From the NCBI GenBank assembly GCA_035389185.1, contig DAOORK010000001.1, positions 129,006 through 193,005 on the forward strand: a stretch of DNA of 64,000 nucleotides. Direction: 5' to 3'. Under the pieces are notes generated by a model. That model did not search any database and was not told the DNA's origin. It saw only the letters and a list, made by a program, of their open reading frames with translations. This document shows positions 46,455 to 56,400 of this stretch, piece after piece. The stretch is from Candidatus Woesebacteria bacterium (GTDB taxonomy: Bacteria; Patescibacteriota; Microgenomatia; UBA1400; MFAQ01). Position numbers and translations under genes: made by a program. Within the stretch, counting starts at the first letter, position 1, and each line of letters starts with the position of its first letter.

Positions 46455-47780
46455 CTAATTATTGATTAAAATATACCTGTTTTTGAGAACGAACCTTGTG
46501 TTAATAAGTGAGAGAATTTCCAATCTTTCTTCTGAAGTTCCTCCCCTGAGAATATGGATCAGGTAGTTCTTCGCCATTGCTTTGAATTCTAGTTTTCCCG
46601 GAATCATTCCATTTTCCCCATCGAACTTACCCAACATATATTCTTGGTGGAGTACATCGGTTTTTAACCTGTGATATCTTTCGATGTCCTCTTGGATTTT
46701 CCGAGAGATGCCAGCCTGATTGTAAGATATTTTGTCGATATGACCAATTATTTGTTTAACGAGATCATCTTCCTCAACATATGGTTCGTTACATTCGTAA
46801 TCTAAATATCTCCGACAGTGGTAGTAGATATGCTTTTTAAACCCTCCTCCCCTTAATTTTCTCAGTTTCTCTTCTGCGGTTACCGAACTTCCGCAAGATC
46901 CACACTTTATTAATGTTTTGAAAGCAAAGATATTTTTGTTCCATGTCTTTGGTACTGTTTCCAGTTGTTTTTGGACTTTCTCGAATAACTCTTTGGTAAT
47001 AAGTGGTTTGTGTTTGCCCTTGTACCAGATGCCACTTCCAGATGGAAATTCAAACTCACCATAATAGAATGGATTTTTGAGAATTGCGTGAACTTTACTC
47101 GTGGGACACAACACACCTTGTCTGGTTTCAAAACCAATTCTATCTAGCCATCTTTTTACCGACCTACCACTGTGACCTTGGACACCAACTCTTTCAAACA
47201 TTTGTTTTACAAATGGGGCCCTAATTGGATCGAGGATAACCAGCTCATCAGTACGGCCATCTCCCTTTTGGTTGAGATATCCCATCGGAGCCATACTTGG
47301 TTTCCAACCTAGACTACATTTGTTTCTTAATCCCCTTTCGACATTTACTCCCTTGTTATCGTTTTCCAATTTGGCTTGGGAGCAGAGGATCATCAGAAGA
47401 AATTTTTCGTTGGGACTATTGGTGAAGGATTGGCTGTAAGTTTGGATGCGGAGTAGTTTCTTCTGGTCCATGAGGTCCACAAGTGTTCCCAGATCACCCG
47501 CATTACGGCTTAGACGATCAGGTGCCCATGTGAGTATTCCGTTGAACTTTCCGGAGCGAATTCCTTTTATTAATTCCACAAATACAGGTCTTGCTCCAGA
47601 TTCTTTGGCTGAATGACTTTCTATTTTTATTTCTTTTACTTTTATGTTTTCTCTCTTAGCCAATACTTTCATTTCGTCAATTTGAGAATCAATGGACATA
47701 ATTTGTCTTTCGTCACTTTCAGAAGACTTGCGGGCGTAGAGACAGTAACTTATTTCCTGTGTTTTTGTGGATGTATCCAT
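46455..47780 (-). CDS. Large serine recombinase
   Basis: YARKS catalytic Ser, DRLSRN, recombinase domain (NPFYYG, HKPLIT), CGSCG..YYHC zinc ribbon. Confidence 0.93.
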   Translation of the reverse strand: MDTSTKTQEISYCLYARKSSESDERQIMSIDSQIDEMKVLAKRENIKVKEIKIESHSAKESGARPVFVELIKGIRSGKFNGILTWAPDRLSRNAGDLGTLVDLMDQKKLLRIQTYSQSFTNSPNEKFLLMILCSQAKLENDNKGVNVERGLRNKCSLGWKPSMAPMGYLNQKGDGRTDELVILDPIRAPFVKQMFERVGVQGHSGRSVKRWLDRIGFETRQGVLCPTSKVHAILKNPFYYGEFEFPSGSGIWYKGKHKPLITKELFEKVQKQLETVPKTWNKNIFAFKTLIKCGSCGSSVTAEEKLRKLRGGGFKKHIYYHCRRYLDYECNEPYVEEDDLVKQIIGHIDKISYNQAGISRKIQEDIERYHRLKTDVLHQEYMLGKFDGENGMIPGKLEFKAMAKNYLIHILRGGTSEERLEILSLINTRFVLKNRYILINN

Positions 47781-47813
47781 TACTTATCAATGTACCGCAA
47801 GTTTTCTGTAAGT

Positions 47814-49244
47814 CTAGTCCAGGTATCTAACTCTTGGCTCTCCTTTGCTTGCCTCAGCTATGAAATAGTAAAAACCGAGAGTGAAAGCATCAACTAGATC
47901 ATCGTGTGGCTCTACCCCAAAATGAATAATCTGTCCGATTAGCTCATCGGCTCCATGGACTGGAAAAAGCACTTTACCGTTTTGAATCCAACTACTGGTA
48001 AGTGAGAGTCGACTTCTTTTGTCATTTCCACCGATTGTTATTCCTTTTACGTTTACGCTCTCGGTTTCCAACATTTGGATTAAACTTTTTTGATAAGCAA
48101 CATCTTCTACTAAAACTAAGGGTGAATATTGGAGAAGGGATTGTCGGAGATCATTAATTATTTTGATTGTTTCCGGCATTCCCATTCTTTTATTTACCAT
48201 TGTGGGCATTACCTTCACTTGGATATCTTTGTGGTAACCATACATCAGGAATATTACGATTGCGGTTTTGTCTGCCCTTTGGTTTTCGGAAATAGCAGGA
48301 TCGACAGATATGACGGCACACCTCAGATTTTTTGTATCGATTGGAAGTGTGGAGTCATATCGAGCAATCCACTCCGGTAAAACGACTTGATCACCATCGG
48401 GGATTATTTTAAGCATGAACTCCCGAAGAAAATCGGAATCACTGGCAGTTTTCTTTCTCAATCTTTCAATTGAACGTTTGTCCGTAAACTTCCCCGGCCA
48501 AAGGATTTTGCTTCCCCTCATCAAGGGATACTGTTTATAGATTCCGTCAATTCTTTTCTTGGATATGGCTTTCTTCATCCTCATCATTAGAGAGTCTTCG
48601 TGGACGAGATTACCGATGAAAACAATTTTAGTGTTTTGATCTCCTGAAGGAATAAGCTCCGAGTTTACAAATTGCCAAAGTTTATCTCTTCCTTCTTTCG
48701 TCTTAGCCGACTGCATATCCTCGATATCATCGCAGATGATGAGATCTGGACGGTATTGGCGATGGCGAATACCTCTCATACTTTGTGAAACGGAAACTAC
48801 GGTAATTCTGGCATTGTATCGATCCAAAACTAAACTCTCACTATTCCACTCTCCCTTTTTGGAAGCGAAACTTCCAAAGTCTGTATAAAGTAGTTTGTTT
48901 AACTCCAATTCCGCTTTTATATTTGATAAAGTTTGCTGAGCCTGTTGTTGGGTTTGGCAGACGATCAAAACATATTTCTTTTGTGGCGCACCTACGATTG
49001 ACCAGATCGGGTATGAGAGTGTCATTATGGTCGATTTGGCTGACCCACGGAAGGCAACAATAGCTAGTGTTTTAGTATCGACATTCTCCGTTAAACGAAA
49101 TATTTCCTGTTGGAACTGAGCGGTTTCGTATTTAACAAAAGAAGAGAAATATGTATGGAAAAACCAATAATGTGAACCAAAGGTTACTGATTGCCTTACC
49201 GCTGGATTACCGATGATATTTTCAAAAAGTTTCTGCTTTTCCAT
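47814..49244 (-). CDS. Phage terminase large subunit
   Basis: AFRGSAKST Walker A, IICDDIE Walker B, SVDPA and HDDLVDA RNase H-like nuclease motifs. Confidence 0.9.
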   Translation of the reverse strand: MEKQKLFENIIGNPAVRQSVTFGSHYWFFHTYFSSFVKYETAQFQQEIFRLTENVDTKTLAIVAFRGSAKSTIMTLSYPIWSIVGAPQKKYVLIVCQTQQQAQQTLSNIKAELELNKLLYTDFGSFASKKGEWNSESLVLDRYNARITVVSVSQSMRGIRHRQYRPDLIICDDIEDMQSAKTKEGRDKLWQFVNSELIPSGDQNTKIVFIGNLVHEDSLMMRMKKAISKKRIDGIYKQYPLMRGSKILWPGKFTDKRSIERLRKKTASDSDFLREFMLKIIPDGDQVVLPEWIARYDSTLPIDTKNLRCAVISVDPAISENQRADKTAIVIFLMYGYHKDIQVKVMPTMVNKRMGMPETIKIINDLRQSLLQYSPLVLVEDVAYQKSLIQMLETESVNVKGITIGGNDKRSRLSLTSSWIQNGKVLFPVHGADELIGQIIHFGVEPHDDLVDAFTLGFYYFIAEASKGEPRVRYLD

Positions 49245-49656
49245 TTTCTTTGATTGGTTTTTCTTTTATGACTCCTGAAAGCAGAAGTGCTTCTCTTACA
49301 ATTGCCTCTTCATCAGGTGTGAGATCATCACGCAGGTGATTCTGGTCGGAAGAGATTTCCAACTTGGGAATGTATGACTGGTGATGATTTTTGAGCCAGA
49401 AGATGATGGCAGTCATATTCTTGTCTCTTATCGATGAAAGCAACTGCGACTCGGCCATGTCATTAATCATCTCAATGCCTTCTTTGAGAGCTTTATCGCT
49501 TTCCTCTTTGAACTTTTTATCCTCCGACCGCCAACGATAGTAGGTGGCACGGCTAACCCCTGATTTTTCGCAAACGACTTGGACAATTGGTGTCTTTTGC
49601 AACAACTCGATGAGTTTGCTTTTATTTTCTTCTTGACGTTTTTCGATGGTGTTCAT
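49222..49656 (-). CDS. HTH protein, putative terminase small subunit
   Basis: CEKSGVSRATYYRW HTH, AIIFWLKN motif, directly upstream of TerL. Confidence 0.78.
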   Translation of the reverse strand: MNTIEKRQEENKSKLIELLQKTPIVQVVCEKSGVSRATYYRWRSEDKKFKEESDKALKEGIEMINDMAESQLLSSIRDKNMTAIIFWLKNHHQSYIPKLEISSDQNHLRDDLTPDEEAIVREALLLSGVIKEKPIKENGKAETF

Positions 49657-50978
49657 GTGATTTGTTTAGCTTTTAATCCAGTGAGTCTCTCCCATCTTTT
49701 TTTGATAACCTCAGCGTAGACTGGAGACTTCTCCATGAGATAGCAACGACGTTTCATTTTGGTAGCCGCAATCAAGGTTGACCCGCTGCCACCAAATGGT
49801 TCGACAATCAGGTTACCTCGCTTGGTAAGAACTTTGATGTATGGAATTAATATCTCGGTTGGTTTGGTGCCGAAGATCACACCTTGGCCGGAATGTTTTT
49901 CATCTGAGGCATTAAACTCAATGAAATCTGTTGGTTGTGTTTTCTTTCCTTTCTCATACCCTTCCCATTGAGGTTTGCCAGATATGGCGTAGAGTGCGGT
50001 TTCATATTCTTGCTGGAGTCCGTCTTGTTCTTCCTCGTTGTTGTACTGAATATCCACTTCTTTTGACGCTCCAACCATGGCAATGTCATGTTTGCTGAAG
50101 AACTTATATTTAGCAGAGAAACCTTGATGTCGATTGGGTAAATGCCAAATTATCATATTTTTTACTTTCCAATGTTTTTCCATTTCCCCCCAAATGGTTC
50201 GTAGGTTCTTCCAGTTTTCGTAAACAATGATGGAGAAATGTTCCTTTTGAATATTGGCGATGCTGTTCATCCATTTTTCAGTAAAGTCTAACGGAAGACT
50301 TTCGGTTTCCAAATATCTTCGATCTCTTTTAGCTCCGAATCCTGTTACCGCTTTTCCGTGGCGTTTAGCTTTTAGATAGTCGAGAATGTATGGAGGATCG
50401 GTAAAACACATATCTGCTTTCTCCCCAGCCATCAACTTGAGCCATTCTTCATCGTTGGTGGAATCTCCACACATCAATCTGCTTCCGTCGAGGTCATAAA
50501 TATCACCTTTCTTTATATTTATTTTGGTGATATCCATCTTCAATAGTTCCTTCTGGAGATCAAACTGTTCCGGTGTGTCTTCAATCTCAAAGATTTGATC
50601 TAACTCTTCACTGGAGAAACCAACACTATCCAAAAAAGCAGAATCAAAATCGGCTAACAAACCCCAATCCCATTCACCTGTGTTTTTGTTTAGTCTGAGA
50701 TTTAACTCTTTTTCTTTCTCGATGTCGGGAATATTTACATAGACCACAGGAATTGTTTCGAAGCCCATTTCTTTGGCGACTTCTAACCTGAAATGACCAC
50801 CGATGACAATGTTCTTCCTTTCTGGAGCTTCGTTGACGATGATTGGATCGACCAATCCAAATTTGGTAATACTTTCTTTCAACTGGTCAGCTGATTGTTT
50901 ATCGTGCTTCCTGGGGTTGTATGCCGCAGGATTAAGTTCCTTTATGAAAACTTGGGTTATTTGTATTTGTTTACTCAT
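49653..50978 (-). CDS. ParB-domain / N6-N4 DNA methyltransferase fusion
   Basis: YNPR..FGLVDPII..GGHFR ParB domain; FTDPPY and EPFGGSGST MTase motifs. Confidence 0.9.
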   Translation of the reverse strand: MSKQIQITQVFIKELNPAAYNPRKHDKQSADQLKESITKFGLVDPIIVNEAPERKNIVIGGHFRLEVAKEMGFETIPVVYVNIPDIEKEKELNLRLNKNTGEWDWGLLADFDSAFLDSVGFSSEELDQIFEIEDTPEQFDLQKELLKMDITKINIKKGDIYDLDGSRLMCGDSTNDEEWLKLMAGEKADMCFTDPPYILDYLKAKRHGKAVTGFGAKRDRRYLETESLPLDFTEKWMNSIANIQKEHFSIIVYENWKNLRTIWGEMEKHWKVKNMIIWHLPNRHQGFSAKYKFFSKHDIAMVGASKEVDIQYNNEEEQDGLQQEYETALYAISGKPQWEGYEKGKKTQPTDFIEFNASDEKHSGQGVIFGTKPTEILIPYIKVLTKRGNLIVEPFGGSGSTLIAATKMKRRCYLMEKSPVYAEVIKKRWERLTGLKAKQIT

Positions 50979-51000
50979 GTTTTTTGAGTAATTGATAATA

Positions 51001-51135
51001 AAAAATGCCTACCTCACAAAAACCTGCTTCAACGCGAAGCGATAAGTTTCTGTGAGGTAGGCACGACCGAGGCGAGGCCTCTTCGATAGCTTTGGAGCCA
51101 TCTCCTATCAGGTATTCCTGAAATGAGTGATTCCT
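51001..51135 (-). promoter_or_regulatory. Structured leader with long terminator-like hairpin upstream of ParB-MTase
   Basis: TGCCTACCTCACA (51006-51018) and its inverted partner (51051-51063) followed by a T tract on the minus strand; several smaller hairpins upstream. Confidence 0.55.
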
Positions 51136-51150
51136 ACACCACTAATTTAA

Positions 51151-51486
51151 TTATACTGATTTTTTCTGTATTTTTTTCAGGCGCTCTTTTACGTCTTCTC
51201 CAAGAAGAAAGGGTATGCCATTTGGCATAATTATCCGGATGGTCATTCCTTGCTTATTGGCTTTTTCTATTGCTTGAGTAATTTCTGGACCAAAAGGAAT
51301 TGTGAACGTCATTTTCCCTGTCGATTCATCGAGCTTAACATTATCTCTAGTCATAAATGCACGTCCCTGTTGTCCAGTAGATATGGATTTGGAGATAGCT
51401 CTGCCAAATGAAACAGGTTTCCTTACCTCTTGGGTGTGTAGAGAAATATCGGTAAATTGGATATCAAAATATTTTTCATCGGTCAT
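51151..51486 (-). CDS. Hypothetical protein
   Basis: 111-aa ORF co-oriented in the island operon. Confidence 0.55.
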   Translation of the reverse strand: MTDEKYFDIQFTDISLHTQEVRKPVSFGRAISKSISTGQQGRAFMTRDNVKLDESTGKMTFTIPFGPEITQAIEKANKQGMTIRIIMPNGIPFLLGEDVKERLKKIQKKSV

Positions 51487-51498
51487 AACTTAATTATA

Positions 51499-51876
51499 TT
51501 AATTTTGACCGTACTTTTTCCCGATTTGGTCTTTGAGTTCTGCCGCGAACTTTTCCAAATCTTGATACTCCTTGTTTATCACAACTTTTACGCCTATTTT
51601 TAGAAGTTCCTCGTTGTATGGTGGGACAGAAGAAATTCCAATTATTTTATCTACTCCAAATTTTTCAAAATCTAATGCATGGAAAGATCCGCCCATGGCA
51701 CAATCACGGTCAAGAAGAATTATGTCGAATTTTAGTTCACTAGGGTTAAGTATCTTTTCGACTTGCTCATAAGTGGAAAAAACTACTGGAGCAAAATCTA
51801 TCTTTGTTTCGAATAATACTCTAAAAATTATCGAGAGCGTCTCCAAATCATCTTCGAGGATAAGCATTGACTTCAT
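51499..51876 (-). CDS. Stand-alone receiver-domain protein
   Basis: MLILEDD and FDIILLD motifs; ATGA overlap with upstream nuclease. Confidence 0.7.
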   Translation of the reverse strand: MKSMLILEDDLETLSIIFRVLFETKIDFAPVVFSTYEQVEKILNPSELKFDIILLDRDCAMGGSFHALDFEKFGVDKIIGISSVPPYNEELLKIGVKVVINKEYQDLEKFAAELKDQIGKKYGQN

Positions 51877-53369
51877 TGTCCTTGTTTATCTAAATAGTCT
51901 TTGATAACCATGGTAGCTACACAGTCGTCTTCGTTATACAGAAGAATTCTGTCCATATCGGCCTTGTCTTTGGTTTCAAGATAGTGGTTAAACCATTCAA
52001 TAGACATGGCGCCGGAGGGTGTCTTGTCTCGCCAGCTAAAGCCTAGATACTGAGCAATTTCTTTTAGAGAGTAGCTCATCAAGGGCCAATCGGTATGTTT
52101 GGAAACTACAGAATATAGATCTATTGCTTTTTCTTCACTAAAGAACCAAGCAAGTTCTTCCTCAGTAACCACATCCGGATACTTTTCTCTCATGCGGCGA
52201 TAGGTTGTCTTCTCGTGGTGGGAATAATAGTAAGTAGTAAAGTCGTCTTTGGGTAGTGATCGAATATATTGCCAAAAATTACTCCAGGCTTCTCTTTCTG
52301 ATTCGTCGGTTTTGTCTAATGCAGTAAAGTCTATAAACCTCTCCCCTTTTGGAGAGCGCTCGTATACACCATGAAGATAGACAAAGGCTTGGGTGGGATC
52401 GTCTTCAATATCAAAATATAATTCGTAGCTTGTTTTGGGAAAGTTCATTTTTTCGTAAATGACGGGACTTTTTGTAACTTCCATGATTTTTGATCTTTGA
52501 ACAAACTTTGTGAGTTTTGCCTCTCCCAAACCAAATAAATACTTTTTGTCTTTTTTCTTTTTGGCCAATAGTGTGTCGATGTCCAGGTCAATCAAATCTA
52601 TGTAGCTTTCAATGTCCAAATCTCTTTCTAGGATATCTCTGTTGGCCCTACCGAGACAGAAGATCATACTTGGGTCATGACTCTCTTTTATCCATTTTTT
52701 GCAGCTTGCGTACCATGGGCAAAGTTTGCATTTGCCGGAATATGCTGGTTTGTTTTTTATTTCGTTATTTAAGAGCTTCCCTGCCATTACTTTTGTTTCT
52801 TGGTAAAAGTCCCAGTAAGTTTGAGGTGTTTTTGTGCCAATAGGTTTATCCAAGTCGTATGTAGTTCTCTCGGAGTTAATATCGATAATGGCACCAGAAT
52901 GTTTTTTAGCAAAACCGAGATTGATAAGCACTTCGCAGTAGAGAGCGAGTTGAACCGCATAATGTATTTTGTATTTTCCCTCATTATCATTTTCCTCATC
53001 TACTCCCTCAACTCCCATACCGCTTTTGATGTCGACTGGTAGGTAGGTACCGTCTGGCTGTATTTCTAAGAGGTCCGGAATGCCAAAGAGCTCGCTGTGG
53101 CGAATAGCTCCTTGGTAAATGAGTGGCATTCCTGCATTCATGGCTTCTAGAGTGGCTTTTTCTCTTTCTTTCTCCCCTACTTCTTTGAGATCCAGAATCT
53201 TTCCCAGCTTGCCCACTATATTTTCTTCGTGACTGACTCCTTTTTCCCAAAGCATTTCTACAAAGGGATTTGTATCTGGATTCTTTTCGGCCTTTGGGCC
53301 ATACACATCACGCCAAATACGATGTTCGCACTGGAGGTAGTTATATAGTTTAGATGGTGTGATTTTCAT
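51873..53369 (-). CDS. TM0106 family RecB-like nuclease with C-terminal RNase H-like domain
   Basis: ITPSKL, GIPDLL..PVDIK, QLALY, CKLCPW..C, YFDIE, SYSLK, YNEDDC. Confidence 0.88.
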   Translation of the reverse strand: MKITPSKLYNYLQCEHRIWRDVYGPKAEKNPDTNPFVEMLWEKGVSHEENIVGKLGKILDLKEVGEKEREKATLEAMNAGMPLIYQGAIRHSELFGIPDLLEIQPDGTYLPVDIKSGMGVEGVDEENDNEGKYKIHYAVQLALYCEVLINLGFAKKHSGAIIDINSERTTYDLDKPIGTKTPQTYWDFYQETKVMAGKLLNNEIKNKPAYSGKCKLCPWYASCKKWIKESHDPSMIFCLGRANRDILERDLDIESYIDLIDLDIDTLLAKKKKDKKYLFGLGEAKLTKFVQRSKIMEVTKSPVIYEKMNFPKTSYELYFDIEDDPTQAFVYLHGVYERSPKGERFIDFTALDKTDESEREAWSNFWQYIRSLPKDDFTTYYYSHHEKTTYRRMREKYPDVVTEEELAWFFSEEKAIDLYSVVSKHTDWPLMSYSLKEIAQYLGFSWRDKTPSGAMSIEWFNHYLETKDKADMDRILLYNEDDCVATMVIKDYLDKQGQ

Positions 53370-53462
53370 TTAGACAAGGCGACTCCTGTGTTTTATATGC
53401 ACTCTTCGGGTGGTGGCTAAATTATATGCCAGTTATTCATCAATAGAGTTACAATAGAAACT

Positions 53463-56400
53463 ATGACTTTCAATAAAATATTGGATCGTTTTAGGTCTGA
53501 ATCATTTTCTGAGCGAGATAAGGGATTTAAGTTTGAAAGGCTTATTCAAGCATATTTATACACTGACCCAAAATATACCCACCTACAAAAGATATGGCTT
53601 TGGGGTGAATTTCCCTTTCGCTCCTCATTTGGAGGCCAAGATGTAGGAATTGATTTGGTTGCTAAAACATTTGAAGGTGAATATTGGGCAATACAATGCA
53701 AATGTTATCAAGAAGATAATCGCATTAATAAAGAGGAGGTCGATACTTTCTTAGCCACATCGAGTCGCAGTTTTAAGGATGAACAATTAGCAGAGATCAA
53801 ATTTAGTCACTGTCTTTGGGTTTCTACAACAAATAATTGGTCCTCAAATGCGAACGAATCGTTGCAAAATCAAAATCCTCCGGTAACCAGAATAAATCTA
53901 TCTGACTTACAGGAAGCATCTGTTGACTGGTCTAAAATAAGTGAAGGAATGTATGGTGAGAAAGCACGAACTCCTAAGAAGCAACTTAAATATCACCAAA
54001 AAGAGGCCCTTGATAAAGCCATAAACTATTTTAAGAATGACAACCGTGGAAAATTAATCATGGCTTGCGGCACAGGCAAGACTTTTACCAGTCTAAAGAT
54101 TGCAGAGGAACTGACAAATCACACTGGTACTATTTTGTTCTTAGTCCCCTCGATCGCCTTACTCGGACAATCTCTTCGAGAGTGGACAAGTGACGCCGCA
54201 GAAGAAATAAATCCTATTGCAATCTGTTCTGATTCGGAAATTACAAAAGACAAAAAAAAGAATGAAGACACCGACACCTACAGTGTAGTTGACTTAGCTA
54301 TCCCCGCCTCTACAAACATGAGAGACATTCTCAAACAATTTGAGTATTTTGAAATGGCAAAAAAGAAAGGCCTGACCGTTGTCTTCTCCACATATCAGTC
54401 AATTGATGTAATTTCCCAGACCCAGAAGAGACTTGAAAGTATCGGGAGTAAGTACCAAAAGTTTGATCTTATTGTATGCGATGAAGCACACCGTACTACT
54501 GGAGTAACGATTTCCGGAGAGGATGAATCATCATTTGTCAAAGTACACGACAATGCTTTCATTAATGCAGATAAGCGTATATACATGACTGCCACACCTA
54601 GACTATATGGTGAAGAGTCAAAGAGAAAAGCTGAAGAAACATCTGCTGTGTTGTGCTCAATGGATGATGAGGCACTTTATGGTAAAGAAATATATCGCAT
54701 TGGCTTTGGTGAGGCAGTTGAACGAGATTTACTGTCGGACTACAAGGTCTTAATCCTTACTCTTTCCGAAAATGATGTAACTCCAGAGGTCCAAAAAATA
54801 CTCCAGAATCCTGAACACGAAATCGGTGTTGATGATGCTTCAAAGTTGATTGGATGTATAAATGCAATGTCAAAACAAATTATTAGTGATAAGGGCACTG
54901 TGAACACAAATGACCCTGATCCTATGCGACGTGCCGTGGCATTTACTTCGAGCATAAAGATTTCCAAAAAAATTACTGATTCGTTTAATGAAATTGGTGA
55001 AACTTACGCAAAATCAGTTCCGGAACTAAAACAACAAACACTAGTAAACCTTAACTCAAAACACATAGATGGATCTATGTCTGCGACTGACCGCAATGAG
55101 CTTATGTCTTGGCTAAAGGCAGAGCCTAACGACTCCCAAGAGGCTCGGGTTCTCACAAATGTTAGATGTTTAAGTGAAGGTGTTGATGTACCAACTCTCG
55201 ATGCTGTTATGTTCCTTTCGGCAAAGAACTCCCAAATTGATGTAGTTCAATCAGTGGGTCGAGTAATGCGAAAAAGTCCAGGTAAACAATATGGTTATAT
55301 TATTATTCCTATTGTTATCCCAACAGATGTTAAACCTGAAGATGCTCTGAAAGATAATGATAGATATAAGGTTGTCTGGACAGTATTAAACGCACTACGT
55401 GCACATGATGACCGATTTAACGCGATTGTAAATAAGATCGATCTAAACAAAAATCGTCCAGTACAAATTATTATCGGAAGGCCAGATCCAGATGGTGATG
55501 GAGATCCTTTTAATGATTCTGACGAATCAAAAAAGGCACTCAAGGGTTCTCAGCTAGCATTACAATTTGATCAACTCCAAAATGCTATTTATGCGAAAAT
55601 GGTGCAAAAAGTTGGTGATCGTCAATATTGGGAAAACTGGGCAAAAAGTGTTGCAGACATAGCTGAAAGGCAGATTGTAAGAATCACGAAGATAGTTGAC
55701 GAAGATGACTCTGCGCACATGGGCTTCCGTGAATTTGTTCGAGGTCTACGAAAAAATATAAATCCATCGATAACTGAACAGCAGGCTATTGAAATGTTGT
55801 CGCAACACATAATCACAAAACCAGTTTTTGAGGCATTGTTTGAAGGGTATTCTTTTGTTTCAAACAATGCAGTGTCCATATCTATGCAAAAAGCACTTGA
55901 TGCTATAGAAACAAAGGCTATCGAAGATGTTGATGCAGAGCTTCTTCAGGGGTTTTATAAATCAGTTCGAAAACGAGCAGAGGGAATTGATAATTCAGAA
56001 GGAAAACAAAGAATAATAGTTGAGCTTTACGACAAATTTTTTAAGACTGCATTTCCAAAACTGGTAGAGCAGTTGGGCATAGTATATACACCTGTGGAGG
56101 TGGTTGATTTCATAATCCACTCCATAAATGATGTGTTACAAAATGAATTTGGTCGTAGCTTGAGTGATGAGAATGTAAATATTCTCGACCCATTCACTGG
56201 GACAGGAACATTTATTACTCGCTTATTACAGACTGGTGTAATAAAGCATCAAGATCTTGAAAGAAAATACAAGGGAGAAATTTTTGCTAATGAAATAGTA
56301 CTACTTGCCTACTACATAGCAGCAGTAAATATTGAAAATGCATATCATGATCTGCTTAAAAAAGATGTCTATGAGAGTTTTGAAGGTATTGTTCTTACTG

